A stretch of 64,000 nt of DNA, from the NCBI GenBank assembly GCA_016839555.1, contig JAEOUA010000007.1, forward strand, positions 1 to 64,000. The letters run 5' to 3'. Positions 10,177 through 20,843 of the stretch are shown here, one piece after another. How positions within the stretch are numbered: the first letter of the stretch is position 1; every line of letters begins with the position of its first letter. This DNA is from Promethearchaeota archaeon. Its GTDB lineage: Archaea > Asgardarchaeota > Lokiarchaeia > Sigyniarchaeales > SOKP01. The notes under the pieces were generated by a model. It was not told where the DNA came from, did no database searches, and saw only the letters and a program-made list of their open reading frames with translations. Both the position numbers and the translations under genes were made by a program.

Positions 10177-10945
10177 TTATGCCTCTAACTTTATATATTT
10201 TTCCACATTACACAGCTTTTTGAGGTTCCTATTCGAGATGCTTGCTCGTTTTAATGCCCTGGTTAAGGCACCTCTAAATTCTTCAAGTGTGCCATAAAAG
10301 GTATTATATACCACCTCTCTCTTAATTTCTCGCCACAACTCTTCAATTTTGCTTAGATCGGGACAATAAGGAGGTAAAAATACTAAATCGAGTTTATCTT
10401 CATGGCGCTCTAAAAGTGGTTGCAACAATTTTGCATGATGAGAGCGGGCATTATCAAGAAAGAGGTAAAGTTTTCCAGAACTCGGATATTCTTTGACAAG
10501 GGCTTGGAGAAATCCCCCAAAATTTTTCGCATTTAAATTGCCAATTTAAGAAAAAAAGCCCTGATCATTAATGGGATCAATTGCTCCGATAACATTTAAT
10601 CATTCTCGTGAGCTGTGTGTGGGAAGGATCGGCGTTGTCCCTTTTATTGCCCATGTTTTATGAGGTGCTCACGAAAGATAAAAGTAATTTTTATCTTCAA
10701 TTAAAATCGTATCGTAAGCTCCGAGATTATTAATTATGTCGATTTTCCGAGCTAAAATTTTTTTTTCTCGGGGGTCCGCTTTCGCGGGCATGGGACAAGG
10801 GACTAATTTCGATAAGTTATTGCGTTTAAGTAAACGATAAATTCCGCTTATCGACAATTCCTTGTCGTATTCCCGCTCCAAATGACCAGAGATTGCCTTT
10901 AGTGTCTATGTATTAAAATCATAGCCCAGTTCTCTCGGGGGGTTG
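10177..10945 (-). mobile_element. Degraded IS630-family transposase
   Basis: LDNARSHH...FLPPYCPDLSKIEELW (DDE C-terminus) and TLKAISGHLEREYDKELSISGIYRLLKR (winged HTH), broken by stops and frameshifts. Confidence 0.85.
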
Positions 10946-11084
10946 TAACACTTTAAATAATTTAAAACAGATTGAAACAGTCACTCTCGCGCAAAACTAT
11001 TTTAATAGATGTTGGTTAAAATATCAATAAAGAGGATATTGAAGTAAATAAAAAAATTGATATTAAAGTAATTAAAAAAAAATA

Positions 11085-11370
11085 AAGAGGTTCATTATAA
11101 GTCCCAGAAATTTAAAATCCCCCCATGATATATGGATTCACAAGTAGAAGTGATAGAATATGAAGTCCAAATCGAGATATATTTTAAAGAACAACTTATA
11201 ACAAACCATTCCTATAATGTACCTAAAATTAGTAAGAAAATCACGAAAAATAAGTACTAACGGATCGTTCATTTATAAGGGAATATACTATTATATCGAT
11301 TATAAACTGGCAGTTAAGACCATAGAGGTTCAGGAAATCAATGACGGAAAGAACCTCTTGGTCTAACTTT
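11085..11370 (+). mobile_element. Remnant of an integrase-type (IS481/IS21-like) transposase C-terminus
   Basis: Manual translation gives EVHYKSQKFKIPP*YMDSQVEVIEYEVQIEIYFKEQLITNH and RKISTNGSFIYKGIYYYIDYKLAVKTIEVQE, resembling Mu-like transposase C-terminal beta-barrels; contains stops. Confidence 0.45.
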
Positions 11371-11574
11371 AAAATGTATTTCTACCCATATTAAATCTTT
11401 AGAATTGATTAATAATAATACTTTTTTTTATATTTTAATTCTTATAATATATACAAATTACTTTAATGAGAATAAAGTGAAGAATGACAAAAAGCGACAA
11501 AAATAAAGTGCTGATTTACTGACATTTATATAATACTACTAACCAAAAAAAAAGAGATTAAAGATTTATTAAAA

Positions 11575-12579
11575 ATGCCAAAGAAGGATAATGTTTTAAT
11601 AATTTCATTGGGGCGCTCACCTGCAGTTATTCCGGAGACGCTTGATGCATTATTAGAAAAGGATATTTATATAAAAAGAACCTACATAGTCACTACATCC
11701 GATGAAATTATTTACGAAAAGTGTATTCCCCTAATTCAAGAAGATTTTAGGAAGCATTATACACCAAAAAATATGGAATTACATCCATTTCAGTGTATTT
11801 TATCGAGTGATGATATATATAATGAGAGAGATAATCTTGAATTGATGATCAATGTTGCTAAAATATTTAAAAAAGAGCAGAGAAATAATATATTCATCAG
11901 TATGGCAGGCGGAAGAAAAACGATGTCTGCTGCTATGGCATTACTAGCACAAATTTATAATGCTAGAGCGATAACCCATGTATTAGTCTCACCCGAAATA
12001 GAAAAAAAGGGCTCGATTTATAAATTAATGGAATTACAAAATAATGAAATTGAACAAATATTTCATCCGAGAGATAAGCGTTTAATTTTTTTTCCTGTTA
12101 TCGGTATTTCCTGGATGCTTTCTGATATGATAAATGCGTTAAGAGGGACTGAAAATGAGATCATAAGAAAAGAAGTTAGAGAGATTCTTTTTGAAAATGG
12201 ATTATTGGATGAAAATAAGAAACCAACCATTTTAGGAAAACAATTATTAAAGCTGCTTAATGATATTGAAAAATATCCTGAGCCAACTCTGGAAGAACCA
12301 CTAATGAAATTCAAAAAAGATGAATCTCCCCATGCTCCCACAGGATATAATAAATTTGCAGCTCAATTAGCTAATATCCCTTATATTGAAAAAATAATAG
12401 GTGTAAAATTTATTAATTCTCCGGAAACGAGAGTAAATGATGTTACTTCTGATGGTGTTATTAAATGCCAATATTCTGATGGAGATAAAGCATATGTAAT
12501 GAAAATATTAACGACAGCAAAAACAAAGGGCGAGAATGAAATGGTAAAAAAGCTTATCAATCGATATTTCATAAGATAG
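11575..12579 (+). CDS. CARF protein (NE0113/Csx14/Crn1-like) with wHTH and a ~90-aa C-terminal putative effector domain
   Basis: SLGRSPAVIPETL and MAGGRKTMS CARF motifs; LLDENKKPTILGK wing. Confidence 0.8.
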   Translation: MPKKDNVLIISLGRSPAVIPETLDALLEKDIYIKRTYIVTTSDEIIYEKCIPLIQEDFRKHYTPKNMELHPFQCILSSDDIYNERDNLELMINVAKIFKKEQRNNIFISMAGGRKTMSAAMALLAQIYNARAITHVLVSPEIEKKGSIYKLMELQNNEIEQIFHPRDKRLIFFPVIGISWMLSDMINALRGTENEIIRKEVREILFENGLLDENKKPTILGKQLLKLLNDIEKYPEPTLEEPLMKFKKDESPHAPTGYNKFAAQLANIPYIEKIIGVKFINSPETRVNDVTSDGVIKCQYSDGDKAYVMKILTTAKTKGENEMVKKLINRYFIR

Positions 12580-12762
12580 ATTTTTATAGAGCGACCCTCT
12601 TTTAAATCTTAAGAAATATTAAAGAGCTTAAAATTTTCAATGTTATAAGAATTAATTATAACTTTTAACTTTAAATAGTAAATATTAATATGAGAGATTT
12701 TTTTTTAAAAAAAGATCTAATCCTATAAATATCTAATCTAATATTTTGAGTGTGAAAATTTC

Positions 12763-13536
12763 ATGAAAGATGTTTATTTAATGTCCTCTTTGGGTATGTC
12801 GCCTGGGGTTGTCACTGGAGTAATTGACTGCCTCCAATATGAGGATCTAAAGGAGAGATATAATCCGAAGTATATTGCCGTTATTACGACTGATAATGAA
12901 TTAACGAGATTATCATTAGATGTTATAGAAATAGATGTGCAGAAATATAATCCGCATATAGTTATTATCCCATATATTATGAATGGACTTTCTGACATAT
13001 TTAATGAAAAGGATAATGAACGAGTTATGAAAACTTTTGTTGATGCTATAAAAGAAGGCGAGCGCTTTAGATCAAAGGGGGAAATAGATGAGATTCATGT
13101 GAATATAGCAGGTGGAAGAAAAACGATGTCGGGAGTCTTCACTTCCTTATCGAATATTTTTCCAGTGGATAAGGTTTATCATTTATTGACAACGCCTGAG
13201 ATGGAGCGAAAGGGGTTTATAAAAAATTTTCTGAAATCTGATGGAACTGTAGATAAGGAAAAAATTAGTTCGGATGATTTAAAAGTAAATCTTCATCCAA
13301 AAGTGGCGAATGCACCATCAACCTTAGTAGAGATTCCAATTTTACATGCCTTTAACTTTGAACGATTATTGAATTTAACAAGGGAAATAGAAAAACAGAA
13401 TAAGATTAGTGAGTATAATCTTGTTAAAATAATGGTAAGGGAGGAATTTTTAATTAGAGAGGGCAAAAATAGTTATAGTTTTACAAATAAGGGGCGTTTA
13501 CTTTTTAACTTAATTAAATATTATATATCTAAGTAG
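12763..13536 (+). CDS. CARF-wHTH protein; putative ring nuclease (Crn1/Csx14-like) or regulator
   Basis: SLGMSPGVVT and IAGGRKTMS; C-terminal YSFTNKGRLL wing. Confidence 0.78.
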   Translation: MKDVYLMSSLGMSPGVVTGVIDCLQYEDLKERYNPKYIAVITTDNELTRLSLDVIEIDVQKYNPHIVIIPYIMNGLSDIFNEKDNERVMKTFVDAIKEGERFRSKGEIDEIHVNIAGGRKTMSGVFTSLSNIFPVDKVYHLLTTPEMERKGFIKNFLKSDGTVDKEKISSDDLKVNLHPKVANAPSTLVEIPILHAFNFERLLNLTREIEKQNKISEYNLVKIMVREEFLIREGKNSYSFTNKGRLLFNLIKYYISK

Positions 13537-13774
13537 ATATTGAAAAATAAAGAAGATTTTTAGAATATAATAATGGTATATAGAATATGAATTAATAGAA
13601 AAAATTGAATTTTTCTACTCACAAATTTTCCAACTCTCAATAAATAGAAGTAGAAATTTCTCATAATCAAAAAATTAAAATATATTAAAAATATTTTAAA
13701 ACTGAAATATTAATAGCGCAAAAAATTAATAATCGAAATTGTATTAGTTAACTTCAATATATCTAAAGCAAGGC

Positions 13775-15175
13775 TTAATTTTCTGGGTTCAACAGCCATT
13801 TTTTTACTGTTTCAAAATATTCTTCTTTATAATATAGTTCTAATTCATCTTCTTCATTTTTTTTTAATTGGATATAATCTCTCTGAAGTCCACTATGTGC
13901 GAAAAAATTCCTTTTTTCATCTGAAAATGGTGTATTAATCTCTATTTTTTGGTCTTTATTAGTATTTATTAAGTTCCTTAACTCTATTAATTCACCCTCT
14001 TTAATTTTAGATTTATATTTTTCGATATGTTTTAAATCTCTTTCTAAAAACCGTAAGTTTGAGCCCATATCAATTTTCTTATATAATCCTTGGAAAGTAT
14101 TTCTAATGTTAGATATTGTAGGATTTTTCATCATAATTTCTTCATAAAAGTGTTTAAAAGATTGATATAATCCTAGTGTAAACAAGAGATTAACTATACT
14201 TGTTTTTAAACATTTTAATCTATGAATAAAAATTTTATCATCAAATTTTTCTATTTTAGCAGTTTTTTCGATAAATTTATGGACATTCTTTATTTTCTCT
14301 AACTCTTGGTTTATATTTTCCTTATTAGAGTTAAATTCTATTAATTCTTTTGAAAAAAATGCCAATGGAACATTATATTTAATGGCATTAAAGGAGAGTA
14401 ATGTGGTATTTATTATACACCGTGAATTCAAATCTAATTTTGGTGAATTTTTAGCAAGTTTCTCTAAATTATTATTGAAAGCATCTCCATTTGAAAATGA
14501 TATAAGATTATTATTTATATTTAGATTTTTATAAGGAATATCAAAAAAGACCTTAGCTTTATAATCATATATTTCTATAGGAAAAACTTGATCTGGAATC
14601 TGTCCTATTACAGGAGGCACAATCATACATTTCACCTTAAATTCATTTTTATTTTGTAATATATTTTTTAATTTCTTATATACAATTAAGCTTCTAACCG
14701 CTTCGATAAGGGCATGTATATAAATATTGAATCCTGTGGAAATATCTATGATTAATTCTTTTTTAATATCTATTAGATCAATTAAGAATTTTATTATGAT
14801 ATTTTCAATAAAATTATGAAAAGCTAAAATATTATTTGAATTAATTGCACCTTTTTTAATTTCATAGAATCCAATAGATGGTATTATTTTAACTTTAAAT
14901 TCAACGTCTTCTCCTATAATCTTCCTCAATTTTGCCTCGTAAATTTTAATTATTTCTTCTGGAGATTGGTGCAATTTTTTAATGACTGATAAATCCTTAA
15001 TTATTAAGCTTTCAGGTATGAAGAAAAGTATTTTTATTTTTTCATTTTTTAATTTACCATAAGCAACAGAACTAAATTTACAACGAATAATTTGATCTCC
15101 CCCTCTTAACTTATAATTTACATCAGAATAAGTTTGAAAGAGTCCTAATATTTGAACAATAGTTATTTGAGTCAT
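13775..15175 (-). CDS. csx1: Csx1-family CARF-HEPN cOA-activated RNase
   Basis: DISTGFN (DxTHG-like) motif and HEPN RNFFAHSG. Confidence 0.9.
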   Translation of the reverse strand: MTQITIVQILGLFQTYSDVNYKLRGGDQIIRCKFSSVAYGKLKNEKIKILFFIPESLIIKDLSVIKKLHQSPEEIIKIYEAKLRKIIGEDVEFKVKIIPSIGFYEIKKGAINSNNILAFHNFIENIIIKFLIDLIDIKKELIIDISTGFNIYIHALIEAVRSLIVYKKLKNILQNKNEFKVKCMIVPPVIGQIPDQVFPIEIYDYKAKVFFDIPYKNLNINNNLISFSNGDAFNNNLEKLAKNSPKLDLNSRCIINTTLLSFNAIKYNVPLAFFSKELIEFNSNKENINQELEKIKNVHKFIEKTAKIEKFDDKIFIHRLKCLKTSIVNLLFTLGLYQSFKHFYEEIMMKNPTISNIRNTFQGLYKKIDMGSNLRFLERDLKHIEKYKSKIKEGELIELRNLINTNKDQKIEINTPFSDEKRNFFAHSGLQRDYIQLKKNEEDELELYYKEEYFETVKKWLLNPEN

Positions 15176-15464
15176 TTAATTAAATATAGTTATTTTCTTT
15201 TTAAATATTAATCAAATTGAAAATCTAAAATGAAAATAATATCAGATAAACTTATTTTTATACTTTATTTCTGGTTTTTTTTCCTATTAAAAAAGGATCT
15301 AAAGATAATGACAAATATGAATAAATAATTAATGAGATATTTTTATTAAGTATTTCAAATTTTAAAGCAGATCTAGGAAAAAATTCTATGTTATTTTAAA
15401 GCTTAGTAAATAGAATAATATAATAATACTTCTCTTAAAATTACGCTTTTAAAATATATATGAT

Positions 15465-15475
15465 TTTATTAACCT
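15465..15475 (+). promoter_or_regulatory. TATA-like leader motif TTTATTAACCT
   Basis: Same 11-mer at 15465, 20136 and 22059, each 38-43 nt before a CRISPR repeat. Confidence 0.5.
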
Positions 15476-15502
15476 TATTATCATATATAATATATATAAT
15501 AA

Positions 15503-15831
15503 AATAAAGAAAATATAGCTTCAACAAGAAGATTGGAATGTAAATACGATCTTATTCCTGGAAATATAATCAATAATAGCATAGAACGTAGCTTCAATAA
15601 GAAGATTGAAATATAACAATATTAGTAGGATCATCTAGCCAATTACCTATAGCAGAGAATATAGCTTCAATAAGAAGATTGAAATTTGTGATTAATAATT
15701 TGATTAACTAATTTTGGACAAATAGCAGAGAACGTAGCTTCAACAAGAAGATTGAAATTAGAGAAAGGTTCCGAATGCCATGTTCTCAGAAAAAATAGCA
15801 GAGAATATAGCTTCAACAAGAAGATTGGAAT
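15503..15831 (+). CRISPR. Mini-array: 5 variant repeats, four 36-nt spacers
   Basis: Repeats at 15503, 15576, 15649, 15722 and 15795 with an exact 73-bp period; same family as the main array. Confidence 0.95.
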
Positions 15832-16226
15832 ATTAAGTTTAGTAAATAATAAACATTTAGATAGCCGATAAAAATATTATTAAAGGGTGATTTAATGAAA
15901 AGACTAAAAAGTCTAATTCTTCAAATTCAGGTAAAATAACATATGCTGATGGATAAATATTTGAAATATTTATTAAATGAAGAGATATGCTGGAACGAAA
16001 GGAAATTTCGGCGAATTTTCCGATTAATGAAGCATTTAAAGCTATGTTAGGGAGTTATTGATAGGGAAGACATATAAAAAAGAGGTATTACCAAATTACG
16101 ATTAAAATAAGATTTAATGCAGATATCTGAATAGTTTTTAGAAAAAAGAACAAAAATTTAAGCTAAATTTCTAATATTATATTGATTTATAACTCTTATA
16201 ACTCCAGTTTAGTGAAGGTAAAAAAA

Positions 16227-16496
16227 ATGGATATTATAATTTTAAAGAACGAAATTATTGAGTATAAAAAGTTAAAAATTCTTAGTGAAATTACTCTAAT
16301 GAAAGAAAAAATTACTCTTTTTGAAAAGAAGTATGGTTGTACATTAGATGTTTTTAGAACAAGAATAGAAGAATCTGAAGAGAAATTTGAAGAATGGGAT
16401 GATTATATTGAATGGAAAGCCTATTTCGAATCTTTAAAGGATTTAGAAAATAAAGTAATTGAATTAGATAATGCAAAAAATATTAAAATTATTTGA
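16227..16496 (+). CDS. Putative antitoxin of the type found with DUF6516 toxins; partner gene lost
   Basis: FEKKYG..F...EEWDDYIEW pattern; an overlapping ATG at 16471 runs into foreign sequence. Confidence 0.55.
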   Translation: MDIIILKNEIIEYKKLKILSEITLMKEKITLFEKKYGCTLDVFRTRIEESEEKFEEWDDYIEWKAYFESLKDLENKVIELDNAKNIKII

Positions 16497-16670
16497 AAAT
16501 TTAATCGAATTAAATGAAATTCGAACCAATCTAATTAATTCTTTCGTATTCTGACCAAATTTAGGAGCATTTTGACAAATGTCTTTGTAATTTCTTTTGA
16601 ATTAATTAAGATTTGAAAAATCAATTAGATTGTTATTTATATTTAAATTATTATAAGGAAAGTCAAAGAA
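16497..16670 (-). pseudogene. csx1: Fragment of a second csx1 paralog
   Basis: FFDFPYNNLNINNNLIDFSNLN*FKRNYKDICQNAPKFGQNTKELIRLVRISFNSIKF aligns without gaps to Csx1 FFDIPYKNLNINNNLISFSNGDAFNNNLEKLAKNSPKLDLNSRCIINTTLLSFNAIKY. Confidence 0.85.
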
Positions 16671-16989
16671 ATTCAAAGAAATGTCTTTTGGTGATATATT
16701 TACCCCAAAGTCCTTAATCTTTTTTATGAAGTCATTAAATACTTTTTGACAGAAAAATCCCAAATTTAGATTTAGAAATGTCTCATAGAATGTAGAACTT
16801 CCTTTAAATTTGATTTCGATGTTATAAAGAGTACGGCGAGGGGTGATTATAAAAAAATTGAATATTTTGGATAATACGATAATACTCTTAATTTTTGAAA
16901 TCTTTCTGGATTGTCTTTGAAAATTTCCTTGGTTTTATCAAACTCATCAAGAATTACTACGAGTTTAAAATCTGCTTTTTTGACATTTT

Positions 16990-17584
16990 AAAATTTTCTA
17001 ACTTAGCCAAGAAAAGCCCCTTATTATTCCACGTTTCTTTCGATTGGGGATCAATTTCAAGTGCTTTATCATAACATTCAAAAGCATCTTTATACTTTTT
17101 TAGGGCTATTAAAGCATGCCCTTTATTATACGTTGCTCATCTATATTGTTGGTCAATTGCAAGCGCTTTATTATAACATTCGATAGCAGCTTCTTGTTTT
17201 CCTACCTTGGTTAATACTATTCCTTTATTATTCTAAATTTCCTTGGATTTTGAATCGAGTTCAAGCGCATCATCATAGCATTCAATGGCAGCTTAATCCC
17301 TACTTAATTTAGCCAGCGTCATTGCTTTATTATACCAAGCTTCTTTGGTATTTGGGTTGATTTTAAGAGCTTTATCAAAGCATTTGATGGCTTTTTTAAA
17401 GTTTCCTAAGTTATTTAATGCAACTCCTTTATAGATCCAAGCTTTATAAGCGTTTGGATTAATATTAAGAGCCTTATCAAAGCATTCAATGGCTTTCTTA
17501 TACTCTCCTAATTCAAATAAGGGCGCTCCATTATTGATCCAATCCTTCTCGAGAGATGTCATAATCTTATCTTCATTTTTCCAT
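16990..17584 (-). pseudogene. TPR-repeat protein pseudogene
   Basis: TPR units (AIECFDKAL, AWYNKA, NNKGIVL, AFECYDKALEIDP) continue past several stops. Confidence 0.85.
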
Positions 17585-18002
17585 AATTATCCCCTTAGTT
17601 TGGAGTCTTCGCTTCACTTCTAATAATTTCTCTTTCCTCTTCCTTTGAAATATGGTTATTAATAAGAAAACGTTATATAAAAAGAGTTCTCTTTTGCCCA
17701 ACTGTCTGGAATTGTTGCTAATTTCAATCTTTATCGGATAAAAAATCTTGATATCATTAGATTATATCTAAAAATTATTTAAAAAAAGAATGTTCATTTA
17801 AGATTATTGGAAATACTTCTGGAATAGAGCATTTAGAAAAATACTTACTCTCAAGTGAAGAACTTACTGTACAAGAATTAAGATAATTGAATCCAGAAGA
17901 TAATAAAATTTTAGATCCCCAGAAATTAATCCAATTAAAAAATCAAATGATGATTTACAATATTTTTTGAAAATTACATAATAATAATATCATGATCATT
18001 CT

Positions 18003-18404
18003 TTAATTAGATTTATTTGACTGAAATCTATAATTCATTGAAAATAAATTACCAGATTTATATAATTTACATAATAAAGGAATATCGTGTTCCGGCTCTC
18101 CGATCATATTGCTTTTATATCCTTCTTTTAAATCTCTAGGATGAAAATGATGCGGTCTAGTGGAAATATTCCATCTATCATCATAATTATCAAACCTACA
18201 TCTATCTAATTTAATTTTAGAAAAGATTATTGAATAACTATATTCGCCATAATCATTATATTGAATGAAAATGAGATTCCTATCTCTTAATCGAATCTTG
18301 ATTCTTGATAATTTAGGTTGAAAAAATAATTCTTCGATTGAATCACCAAAATGTCTTTCTATTATTTCTTTAGCATTTTTTAATTTTTGTTCATGAACCG
18401 ACAA
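18003..18404 (-). CDS. DUF6516/TumE-like toxin
   Basis: YSYS..RFDNYDDRW..STRPHHFH resembles the DUF6516 RWDN..PHHxH motif. Confidence 0.6.
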   Translation of the reverse strand: MSVHEQKLKNAKEIIERHFGDSIEELFFQPKLSRIKIRLRDRNLIFIQYNDYGEYSYSIIFSKIKLDRCRFDNYDDRWNISTRPHHFHPRDLKEGYKSNMIGEPEHDIPLLCKLYKSGNLFSMNYRFQSNKSN

Positions 18405-18422
18405 AGTACGAGCTCCTTGTAT

Positions 18423-18668
18423 TTACTTGTTTGAATTCCAATCTTGTTTCATTTGGTACGTCTCATCTCTTTCTTTCAATAACTGTCTTAACGTAATTGC
18501 ATCGGGTTCAGCTTCTTCTATTGTACCATCTCTTGCATGTTGTAAAAACAGCTCAGGATTCGTATAATCCCATTTCGTTAGAATTTTGTCAATTTCCCGA
18601 TTAAGAAATCTGAGTTTGTAATCTATAAGTTCTTCCAAGGTTTCTCTCTTTACTCGAATCATGGTCAT
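18423..18668 (-). CDS. Putative cognate antitoxin
   Basis: 81-aa helical protein immediately upstream of the toxin-like gene. Confidence 0.55.
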   Translation of the reverse strand: MTMIRVKRETLEELIDYKLRFLNREIDKILTKWDYTNPELFLQHARDGTIEEAEPDAITLRQLLKERDETYQMKQDWNSNK

Positions 18669-18939
18669 TTTTTAATTTTACTTACTTAAATATGTTAAAA
18701 TTAAAATAAATACTTATATAGAAATATAATTATTTTAAATTCTTTCAAACTAATAATAATTCTCCAAGCATAAATATCTATTCCTCCAAGTTATTCAAAT
18801 TATCCTTTGTTATTCATTGATACTAACATAATTTCAAGATTTACTGGACTTGTAAGAAATATTAATTTCTTAACTAACCTAGATTAAAGGTTATATTTTT
18901 TGTAAGAAGAGAAAAATAAAAAAGATATAGAAAAGAATA

Positions 18940-19517
18940 ATGAGTAAAAATTTAAAATATCTAGATACATCATCTATAATATTATCTGACATCAATTTAC
19001 CCAATGAATCAATTCTATATGAATATCGTAATCTTTCCGCTATTTCAACAAAAAAAGATATTCATTAATAAAAAATGATGAATCATCCACTCAAAAATTT
19101 GCTTTTCAGGAATATTATGAATCCTCTAAATTAGAAGAACTATCTAAAAATTCATATAAACCAAATATAACTTTTAATGATAATATTAAAGATGAAATGT
19201 ATCAAAAAGAGACCTTTTTGAGATTTATTAGCGAAATCGAGAGGTGTTTGTTAATTTTTGCTAACTTCTATAAGATATCATTTAATGCAGAAATACATTT
19301 TCAGCAAGACTGGGAAGTTAAAGATGTAAAAAATATTATCCTTCAACTTAAAGTTTTTAATATTTCCTTTAAAGAGGAGTTGTTTATTTGGAAACAATTA
19401 TCTCATTTTATTAGAAAAGTTTTAAAGATGTTTGAATTCAATTCTATTTCTGAAGAAGAATTGGATGATTATATAAATTATAATAAAGATTTCTATATTA
19501 AAATAAATTTAGAATAG
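18940..19517 (+). pseudogene. Hypothetical HEPN-partner gene split by a frameshift in an A7 run (19050-19056)
   Basis: The ATG-18940 frame stops after STKKDIH; adding one A joins it to the 19197-19517 frame. Confidence 0.55.
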
Positions 19518-19526
19518 GAGATTTTT

Positions 19527-19907
19527 TTGGCATCTAATTTTAACCCAGAATTATTCCTTGATATAGCGAAAAAATTATTGAATATAGAAAATTTGGATGA
19601 AAAAGGTAAATTTAGAACCTCGATAGGGAGGGCTTACTATTCTGCTTTTTTATTGGTTAGAATTAAATTAGAAAGAAAAGGAAAAAGATTTGGTACTGAA
19701 GCTCAGCATAAAGAAGTTAGGGACTTTTTAAAAATTATTCTTATAAAATTTTTAGCTGATCTTTTAAAAGCGTTGTTTGATTATCAAGTAGATGCTGATT
19801 ATTATCTTACTAAATCTGTTAATAAATTAATCAATCGGGAGCTCTGTGAGAGATGTATTACAATCGCGGAGGAGATTATAAATAATATCAATGTAATATC
19901 ATCATAA
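19527..19907 (+). CDS. HEPN-domain protein (UPF0332-like)
   Basis: RTSIGRAYYSAF, H.EV and xVDADY motifs. Confidence 0.8.
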   Translation: MASNFNPELFLDIAKKLLNIENLDEKGKFRTSIGRAYYSAFLLVRIKLERKGKRFGTEAQHKEVRDFLKIILIKFLADLLKALFDYQVDADYYLTKSVNKLINRELCERCITIAEEIINNINVISS

Positions 19908-20211
19908 AAACTGTTAAATAGTTTAATTTTATTTCTTACTAAGAAATTTGAAATTAATGAAAGTTCAGGTAAGATTGGAATCTTAATTATTTTTAAAGTA
20001 ATTTAATATAATCTACTTTTTAAGAAACATCAGCAGTTCTTATAAATAGCAAAAAAGATAATAGCAAAAAAATAACTTTTTTAGAAAATTGAAAATATTT
20101 TATTACATATATTTTTCCCTTAAATTATTTATAACTTTATTAACCTCTGTTACTAAATATAATATAGAATATAAGAGAGAAAGAATATAACTTCAACGAG
20201 AAGATTGAAAT
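19646..20211 (+). repeat. Copy 1 of a ~560-bp direct duplication (HEPN 3' part, leader, CRISPR repeat)
   Basis: Highly similar to 21583-22138. Confidence 0.95.
20175..20211 (+). CRISPR. Solitary degenerate CRISPR repeat
   Basis: GAGAGAAAGAATATAACTTCAACGAGAAGATTGAAAT, 29/37 to consensus; hairpin stem and handle intact. Confidence 0.85.
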
Positions 20212-20387
20212 TCATTCCAGAAAATATTATATATTGAATTTAATTCCACTAAAAATTTACTCTTGATCTTGATTAAATCCTTCCAATTAAAAGTTAAAGA
20301 AAAAGTTTTAAAATAATAAAAATAAATATTCCTTCTAAATTTAAATACTTATATCTATTTACATAATTTAAAGAAGCAATTTAATTT

Positions 20388-20843
20388 TTGAGCTATAATA
20401 TGAAAAGACCTCAATATGATTTAATTTCAATTGAAGATCTAAAACAAAAAGTAAATCAAATTTTTCAAAATCATAGTGAAATAATTATTGCATATTTATT
20501 TGGATCTTATGCTCAAGGATATCAAACTAAATTTAGTGATATTGATTTGGGAATTGTTTTAGAAGAAGATTTCAAAGAACCCTCCCTTTATTTTGCTCAA
20601 TTAAGTTATAAAATCGAAAAAGCGTTTAATTGGCGAGTAAATGTTGAGGTTAGAATATTAAATAAATGTTCTCCTAGGTTCCTATTCCAAGTAATAAAAT
20701 ATGGGAAAATTATTTACTGCAAAAATTCTAACTTCAAAGATGAATTTGAATTAAAAGTAATTACTCAATATATTGATATTAAACCGTTATTAAATTATTT
20801 TGATAATCTTTTTCTCAGAAAGGTTTATGGGGATGAGAGTTAA
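20388..20843 (+). CDS. mntA: MntA-type minimal nucleotidyltransferase antitoxin
   Basis: YLFGSYA...SDIDLGI (GSx10DxD). Confidence 0.9.
   Translation: MSYNMKRPQYDLISIEDLKQKVNQIFQNHSEIIIAYLFGSYAQGYQTKFSDIDLGIVLEEDFKEPSLYFAQLSYKIEKAFNWRVNVEVRILNKCSPRFLFQVIKYGKIIYCKNSNFKDEFELKVITQYIDIKPLLNYFDNLFLRKVYGDES

Noticed and set aside
15220-15240. Partial match of the 23276-23311 spacer to the csx1 upstream region (AAAATCTAAA-TGAA.ATAAT)
   Set aside because: It needs a gap and is almost all A/T, so it is expected by chance; the 12-nt match near 17570 is equally weak.
15540-15575. Mini-array spacer translating KYDLIPGNIIN, reminiscent of AbrB antitoxins
   Set aside because: Only 11 residues, and no nucleotide match to either AbrB gene in the window.
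17785-17815. Possible further repeat relics (AAAGAATGT...GGAAAT here and ATAGAAAAGAAT near 18927)
   Set aside because: No hairpin, wrong length and low complexity.
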